64,000 bases of DNA from Planctomycetota bacterium (lineage in GTDB: Bacteria; Planctomycetota; B15-G4), in the NCBI GenBank assembly GCA_038212275.1, contig JBBQUR010000017.1, positions 1-64,000 of the forward strand. The letters are read 5' to 3'. Below the pieces are notes generated by a model. It ran no database searches. It was given only the letters and a program-made list of their open reading frames with translations, and was not told the origin of the DNA. This document shows, in pieces, positions 58,704 to 64,000 of this stretch (positions are counted from its first letter, which is position 1; each line of letters starts with the position of its first letter). Made by a program: the position numbers and the translations under genes.

Positions 58704-58742
58704 CGTGAACTCCGTGAACCTCTCTGCCCGTGCGGGGTGCCA

Positions 58743-59909
58743 TCACTCGTAGACCATCCAGAGCTGGCCGGGGAAGAGCCAGGTGAGGCCGTCGCGCAGG
58801 CGATCGCGCCAGTTTTCCCAATTGTGACCGTCGCGCGCCTCCGTGTAGCGCACCTCCATGCCGGTCTCGATCAGCAGCGGGATCAGCGAACGGTTCTCGT
58901 AGATGAGCGGCTCGTAGATGCCGCAGCTCACGAAGACCTGCTCGGCGACGCGGATCGGCTTCTCGCGGAAGGTGTTCACGAAGTCCACCACCGGATCGTA
59001 CGCCGGCCCGCGCCGGTTCGGGCCGATGTCCGTGAAGCCGAAGGAGCCGGAGAGCAGCGCCAGCCTGCCGAAGGACTCCGGCCGGCTCGCGGCCGTCGCC
59101 AGCGAGGCCACAGCCCCGAAGCTCGCTCCCATGAGTCCACGCGCGGCGGGCTCGTCCAGCAGCGACTCCCTGGCCTGCAACCAGGGCAGCAGCTCCCCGG
59201 CGATGAACTGCGCGTGCCGCGGGTCCGCGGCATACTCGTGCAGGCGCTGCACGGGATGCGTGAAGGCCACCACCATCTCGGCCAGCTCGAGCCGGTGCGT
59301 GAGGTTGTCCAGCACCGTCTTCATGCTCGAATAGTTCAGGAAGTCGCCGCCGTCGTGGACGATGAGCAGCGGGTAGCGGCGCTCGCGGCGGTAGCGCGCG
59401 GGGCGATAGAGCGTGATGCGGGCGTCGCGACCCAGCGCGCGGCTCGGCAGCACCAGATCCTCCAGCGTGCCCGGGCGCGTCTCGGGATGCGGGAGCGTCC
59501 ACTCGGGGGTCTCGTAGCCGACGCCGTGCACGACCGAGGTCGTGCCGAAGGGATCGCGTGCGTGACGCCGGTTGAAGGCATCCTCGACCAGCGTCGTCGT
59601 GTCGCCCACTCGCACCTCGAATTTGTATTCGATGCGCGAGGCCTCCGGCAGGTCGAAGGCGAGGTGCCAGAACGGGCCGGGCGCCGCGCGGTTCAGCGGC
59701 AGCCTCGAGGTCAGGCCGGCGATGCGGTGCTGAAGGTGCACGGCGTCGGCCTCGCCTCGATAGAGGAACAGGCAGCGTCGGCCATCCACGATCGGGCAGC
59801 CGTGCGCGTCGACGAAGCGCTGCAGAGCCTCGGTCGACGGCGGATCCGCCGACAGCAGCGCGATGAGCTGGCGCAGGTCCTGCGATGCGTGACTGACGAT
59901 GGCCGTCAT
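58743..59909 (-). CDS. Fes-like esterase with N-terminal E-set/CBM48-like domain
   Basis: FLYRG...FWHLAFDLPEASRIEYKF...EDAFN; YPLLIVHDG, GASFGA, SGSF, DGHNWENWR. Confidence 0.85.
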   Translation of the reverse strand: MTAIVSHASQDLRQLIALLSADPPSTEALQRFVDAHGCPIVDGRRCLFLYRGEADAVHLQHRIAGLTSRLPLNRAAPGPFWHLAFDLPEASRIEYKFEVRVGDTTTLVEDAFNRRHARDPFGTTSVVHGVGYETPEWTLPHPETRPGTLEDLVLPSRALGRDARITLYRPARYRRERRYPLLIVHDGGDFLNYSSMKTVLDNLTHRLELAEMVVAFTHPVQRLHEYAADPRHAQFIAGELLPWLQARESLLDEPAARGLMGASFGAVASLATAASRPESFGRLALLSGSFGFTDIGPNRRGPAYDPVVDFVNTFREKPIRVAEQVFVSCGIYEPLIYENRSLIPLLIETGMEVRYTEARDGHNWENWRDRLRDGLTWLFPGQLWMVYE

Positions 59910-60853
59910 GCGCCGGTCCAGACGTGGACCGAACCGTCGGCCCCCATGCGGCGCGTGCCCGCCGGGAAGCTCCACGCGCCGTCGAGCAGGTCCACGCGCT
60001 CGCCGTCGTCGAGCGGCACGCAGAGGGCGGGCGCAAAGCGTCGCGCCGTGAGCAGCACGCGGTGCACGTCGTCGAATCGCAGTCGATGGCGCGCGTGCGG
60101 AAAGGGCAGCAGCGCAGGAGCCAGCGCCAGCCCTGCGCCGAACACTTCCGTGTGACCGGGTCCGTGCGGCGGCGTGTTGTGGAACAGGACGACGCGCTCG
60201 GCAAGCGCCATCGCGCCCGCCGACCACGCGAGCACGGTGGCGCCCTTCAGCAGCGAGGCGATGTCGAACAGTCGCAGGCGATTGAGCAGCACAGCCACCT
60301 GTCCGCCGGCGATCGCGACCGCGCCGGCGTCGCGCACCAGCGCCTCGATCTGCCGGCGCTCGTGGGCCACGGCCGGCCGCTGGACGGGCTGCCAGCGCGC
60401 GTCGAACTGCTCGTGCACGTCGGCCACGCGCCGCAGATGCTCCTCATCGAGGACTCGCAGGGCCTCGATGGAGGCGGCGCGCTCGTGCCGCAGCGGGACC
60501 TCATTGCCGGCTCGGTGCAGCAGCTGCATGCAGGCGGCCATGGCATGCGCGAGCCGGAGGCGGTAGAGCGCCTGCAATTCGCGCAGCAGCAGGAGCCGGT
60601 CCTTGAGGGCCTGCTCCAGCTCGGGGTCGCGCCTGAGAACCGTCTCCGAGCGGGACCAGAGATCCAGGTTCACGGTGCGGCCGCCGAAGTGCTCGTCCAG
60701 CTCGCGGTCCTCGCGTTCACGCTCCATCCAGCCGGCGGTGATCGTCGCGATCTTCGCGCCCTCGTCCACGCCCAGCACGCGCGCTGCCTCGACGAGCGAC
60801 GGCTTGTGCCGCTGCGGTCCGAGCAGACAGGCGCACCGCATGGCGCTGCTCAT
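59906..60853 (-). CDS. Class I glutamine-amidotransferase-like / S51 (cyanophycinase, PepE) peptidase-like protein
   Basis: ITAGW.ERE, IAGGQV, AWSAGAM nucleophile elbow, PFPH; ATGA overlaps on both sides. Confidence 0.75.
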   Translation of the reverse strand: MSSAMRCACLLGPQRHKPSLVEAARVLGVDEGAKIATITAGWMEREREDRELDEHFGGRTVNLDLWSRSETVLRRDPELEQALKDRLLLLRELQALYRLRLAHAMAACMQLLHRAGNEVPLRHERAASIEALRVLDEEHLRRVADVHEQFDARWQPVQRPAVAHERRQIEALVRDAGAVAIAGGQVAVLLNRLRLFDIASLLKGATVLAWSAGAMALAERVVLFHNTPPHGPGHTEVFGAGLALAPALLPFPHARHRLRFDDVHRVLLTARRFAPALCVPLDDGERVDLLDGAWSFPAGTRRMGADGSVHVWTGA

Positions 60854-62073
60854 GAAGCGTGCACCTTGAGCGTGCGGCCGACGTGATCGAGCATCTCGCG
60901 AAGCGTGTCGTAGTCCGGGTGCTTGAGGCGCAACCACGCGTTGGCCATGTAGCCGGCCTCGACGGGCTGCGTGGGCGTGCCGGCCGGCGGCAGGTGAGCG
61001 TCGATGATCCAGCGCTCGAACATCGAGCGGATCTCCTCCACGCCCGAGTAGCCGCGGATGGTGCCGTCGCAGTCGGGGCGCAGCGCGATGATGCCGGCCG
61101 AGAAGGCGCGCGAGGCCCGCTGCGACGGGCGGCCGTGCACGATCGCCATGGCCCATTCGCGATAGATGTCCATGTCGTTGGCCGCGGCGTAGAGGTCCCA
61201 CGCGCGCACGCCCGGCGGCCGGCAGCCGATCTCCGAGAACTTCAGCCCCTTGGGCCCGGCGAACCACTCCATGTGCGTGGCCGACGTGCCGATGCCCAGC
61301 ACGGGCAGCACGCGTCGACCGAGCGCCTTCACCTCCGCATAGCCCGGCTCGCTGTCGACGCGGTTCGTGGCGATGAACTGCGGCGAGATCCAGCGCGTGC
61401 GCATGGCCTCGAGAACGTTCGGGTAGTAGTGGCACACGAACTCGTGCGCGACTTCGCCGCCGATGGAGATGGTGTCGTAGAAGCCCTCGTGTCCCTCGAT
61501 GAACTCCTCGACGGCGATCGATCCACCGCGGTCGAAGGGCACGCCGGCCAGTACGGCCTCCAACGCCTGGCGGTCGTCGACGCGGTGCGTGCCCGAGGCG
61601 CCCGCGCCGTCGCGCGGCTTGAGGATGAGCGGATAGCCGACGCGCTCCGCGAAGGCGCGCACCGCGTCCGCGGACTCGCCGCCCAGCGAGGCCGCCGTCG
61701 GGACGCCTGCCTCGCGCAGCACGTCCTTCATCGTCGGCTTGTCGCGGCAGAGCCAGGCCGTGCGCGTGGAGGTGCCCGGAATGCCGCAGGCCTCGCGCAC
61801 GCGGGCCGCCGCACTGATGTGCGCCTCGACCGTGGCCTCCAGCCGCTCCACTCTGACCTTGCTCTGCACGAAACGCACGGCCTTCAGCAGTGCGTCCTCG
61901 TCCACGACGGAACGCACCTGCTCGTAGTGCGAGAGCCATTGCTTCAGTTCAGGATCGAGCGACTCCTTCGGCCGCTCGCCGATGCCGATGGTGGTCGCGC
62001 CCACCGCGTGCAGCGCGCGCGCGAACTCGCGCTGGTTGGCCGGAAAGCACGGCTCGACGAGGATCACGTTCAT
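60850..62073 (-). CDS. ATP-grasp ligase
   Basis: CRDKPTMK, GYPLILKPRDGAGASG, VEEFIEGHE, HMEWF, FSEIGCRPPG. Confidence 0.9.
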   Translation of the reverse strand: MNVILVEPCFPANQREFARALHAVGATTIGIGERPKESLDPELKQWLSHYEQVRSVVDEDALLKAVRFVQSKVRVERLEATVEAHISAAARVREACGIPGTSTRTAWLCRDKPTMKDVLREAGVPTAASLGGESADAVRAFAERVGYPLILKPRDGAGASGTHRVDDRQALEAVLAGVPFDRGGSIAVEEFIEGHEGFYDTISIGGEVAHEFVCHYYPNVLEAMRTRWISPQFIATNRVDSEPGYAEVKALGRRVLPVLGIGTSATHMEWFAGPKGLKFSEIGCRPPGVRAWDLYAAANDMDIYREWAMAIVHGRPSQRASRAFSAGIIALRPDCDGTIRGYSGVEEIRSMFERWIIDAHLPPAGTPTQPVEAGYMANAWLRLKHPDYDTLREMLDHVGRTLKVHAS

Positions 62074-63704
62074 GGCACTGCTTTCCCCGTGGTGGGCTTC
62101 GATGAGGACCTGGATGCCGGCGCCGACCGCGCGATCGGCACGTCTGGCGCGGCGGGCGCGGCCGGCGCGGCCGACCGTCCGTGCAGCCGCTCGTACAGCT
62201 CGATGTAGCGCCGGCACTGCGTGCGCCACGAGAAGTCGCGGAGCATGCCGTTGGTCTGCAGCCGCCGCCAGGCCTTGCGATCCTCGAAGACGGACAGCGC
62301 GCGTCCCAGCGCCCAGCGCAGCCCCTCGGCGGTGAAGTGGTCGAAGAGAAAGCCGGTGCCCTCGCTCGTGGCGGAGCTCCAGGGATCCACCGTGTCGGCG
62401 AGCCCGCCGGTGCGGCGCACCACCGGAACCGTGCCGTAGCGCAGGCTGTACATCTGGTTGAGGCCGCACGGTTCGTACAGCGACGGCATGAGGAAGAGGT
62501 CGCTGCCCGCCTCGATGCAGTGCGCGAGTTCCTCGCTGAAGCCGCGGAAGAAACAGACGCGCCCGGGGAAGCTCAGCTGGAGCCGCGCCAGCGCCGCCTC
62601 GTAGCTCGGCTCTCCGCTGCCCAGCGCGGCGAAGCGCAGAGTCGTCCGCTGCAGCAGCCCCGGCAGCACGGCCAGCAGCAGCTCCACGCCCTTCTGTGCC
62701 GACAGCCTCGAGACGAAGCCCGCCAGCGGCGCCTCCTTGTCGGCCGACAATCCCAGGCGCGCGAGCAGGTCCGACTTGTTCTTCGCCTTGCGCGCAAGGC
62801 TCTTCACGGAATAGTGCGTGGCGATGTGCGGGTCGGTGAGCGGATTCCAGATCTCGTCGTCGATGCCGTTCAGGATGCCGACCAGCGCGCCGGCGCTCGC
62901 GCGCGCGGCCAGCAGCGCATGCAGGCCCACGCCATGCGCCTCGGTCCGGATTTCCTCCGCATAGCCGGGACTCACCGTCGTGAGCACGTCGGCGTAGAGC
63001 AGACCGTGCTTGAGAAAGCCGATGCGGCCCGCGCGCAGGTCGTCCTGGTGGAGCATGGGCGCCGCGTCGCCCAGCGACAGGTCGGGCAGGATGTCGGCGC
63101 CGAAGCCGCCCTGGTAGCCGAGGTTGTGGATGGTGAGCACCGTGCGCGTGTTCGCGAAGAGCTTGTCCCACGCGTAGATCGAGCGCAGGTAGAGCGGCAC
63201 CAGCGCGGTCTGCCAGTCGTTGCAGTGCAGGATGTCCGGGCCCCACTGCGCGCGCTGCAGGCACTCGATCGTCGCGCGCGAAAGCAGCAGGAAGCGCAGG
63301 TGCTCGTCGGCGTCCTGCGTGTAGATGCCGGGGCGCTCGAACAGCGGCGGGCAGTCGATGAAGTAAACGTCCAGCTCGCTGCCGGGCAGCCGCGCCGTGC
63401 GCAGGGTGACCGGGTAGCGGCGCGAGCCCAGGGTCAGCAGGAAGGGCGGGATTCCGGGCACCGGCCGGAGCTCGACGCCCTGCTCGCGCACCCGCGCATA
63501 GAGCGGCATGAACACGCGCACGTCGTGACCGGCGCGCTGCAATTCGCGCGGCAGCGCCGCCGACACGTCCGCGAGGCCGCCCGTCTTCGCGAAAGACGCC
63601 ATTTCGGAGGTGACGAACGCGATGCGCAACGGATCTCTCGCTGGCTGGCCTGGCGGCCCGGGCGGGAGCGGAGTGTGGCGCGGGGCCCGAACGCGGCGCG
63701 GCAT
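62070..63704 (-). CDS. glgA: Glycogen synthase (GT5)
   Basis: KTGGLADV, HCNDWQ, TIHNLGYQG, TTVSPGYA, GILNGID, SRLSAQKG, MPSLYEPCGLNQ, TGGLADTV. Confidence 0.96.
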   Translation of the reverse strand: MPRRVRAPRHTPLPPGPPGQPARDPLRIAFVTSEMASFAKTGGLADVSAALPRELQRAGHDVRVFMPLYARVREQGVELRPVPGIPPFLLTLGSRRYPVTLRTARLPGSELDVYFIDCPPLFERPGIYTQDADEHLRFLLLSRATIECLQRAQWGPDILHCNDWQTALVPLYLRSIYAWDKLFANTRTVLTIHNLGYQGGFGADILPDLSLGDAAPMLHQDDLRAGRIGFLKHGLLYADVLTTVSPGYAEEIRTEAHGVGLHALLAARASAGALVGILNGIDDEIWNPLTDPHIATHYSVKSLARKAKNKSDLLARLGLSADKEAPLAGFVSRLSAQKGVELLLAVLPGLLQRTTLRFAALGSGEPSYEAALARLQLSFPGRVCFFRGFSEELAHCIEAGSDLFLMPSLYEPCGLNQMYSLRYGTVPVVRRTGGLADTVDPWSSATSEGTGFLFDHFTAEGLRWALGRALSVFEDRKAWRRLQTNGMLRDFSWRTQCRRYIELYERLHGRSAAPAAPAAPDVPIARSAPASRSSSKPTTGKAVP

Positions 63705-63857
63705 GGGGGCGACACTCTATCAACTCGGATCCGCGCCGCCGAGACATGCCGCCGAGACATGTGTCGGAGCAGTCGGAGCAACGGGCGCTGCAGATCTCGC
63801 TGCGGAGATACGCCGCTGTTGTCCCCTGCTCCCGCCGCCAGTAGATTGCTGCGGCCC

Positions 63858-64000
63858 ATGACCACGGTTGCGTTCGTAGCCCCGTATTCGCTCGAGACGA
63901 CGATGCGCTTCGTGCAAGCGGTCGCCGAGCTCCCGGGCGTTCGCTTCGCGCTCGTGACCCACGAGGCCGAGGAGCGGGTGCCCGAGGCGATCCGCGCGCG
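63858..64000 (+). CDS. Partial ORF at the window edge, divergent from glgA; possibly another ATP-grasp protein
   Basis: Open frame MTTVAFVAPYSLETTMRFVQAVAELPGVRFALVTHE; resembles the N-terminus of the 62073 ATP-grasp (MNVILVEPCF...REFARAL). Confidence 0.55.
   Translation, partial: MTTVAFVAPYSLETTMRFVQAVAELPGVRFALVTHEAEERVPEAIRA

Overview
A very GC-rich, gene-dense bacterial chromosome segment. It is most consistent with an uncultured Planctomycetota/PVC-type diderm, inferred from the lpxC-fabZ fusion, rplI-dnaB-bamA-lpx gene order, an ECF sigma/Ser-Thr kinase pair and a sulfatase. Bases 1-20.6 kb form a minus-strand housekeeping super-operon (glmU, prs, rplY, pth, a fused rpsF-rpsR, rplI, dnaB, bamA, lpxD, lpxC-fabZ, lpxA, gnnA-like, ileS, then rpsB-tsf-pyrH) interrupted by one GGDEF gene. 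Bases 20.7-53.8 kb are accessory: a strongly expressed secreted protein (S-layer candidate), many secreted enzymes, dinB, an ECF/kinase module, NUDIX/CHAD genes and three tandem paralogous DNA-binding proteins. Bases 53.8-64 kb hold a tightly coupled operon joining glycogen synthase to ATP-grasp and GCS2 ligases, esterases and peptidases. The best novelty candidates are: (1) a ~120-aa C-terminal domain shared by five unrelated secreted proteins, possibly an undescribed sorting or surface-anchoring signal; (2) the glgA-linked peptide-ligase operon; (3) a triple array of coiled-coil/basic linker/winged-helix proteins resembling nucleoid or silencer proteins; (4) a single-polypeptide S6-S18 ribosomal protein; (5) an IleRS with AIHH in place of HIGH. 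I found no rRNA, tRNA, CRISPR array or mobile element. All calls come from reading motifs by eye, with no database searches.
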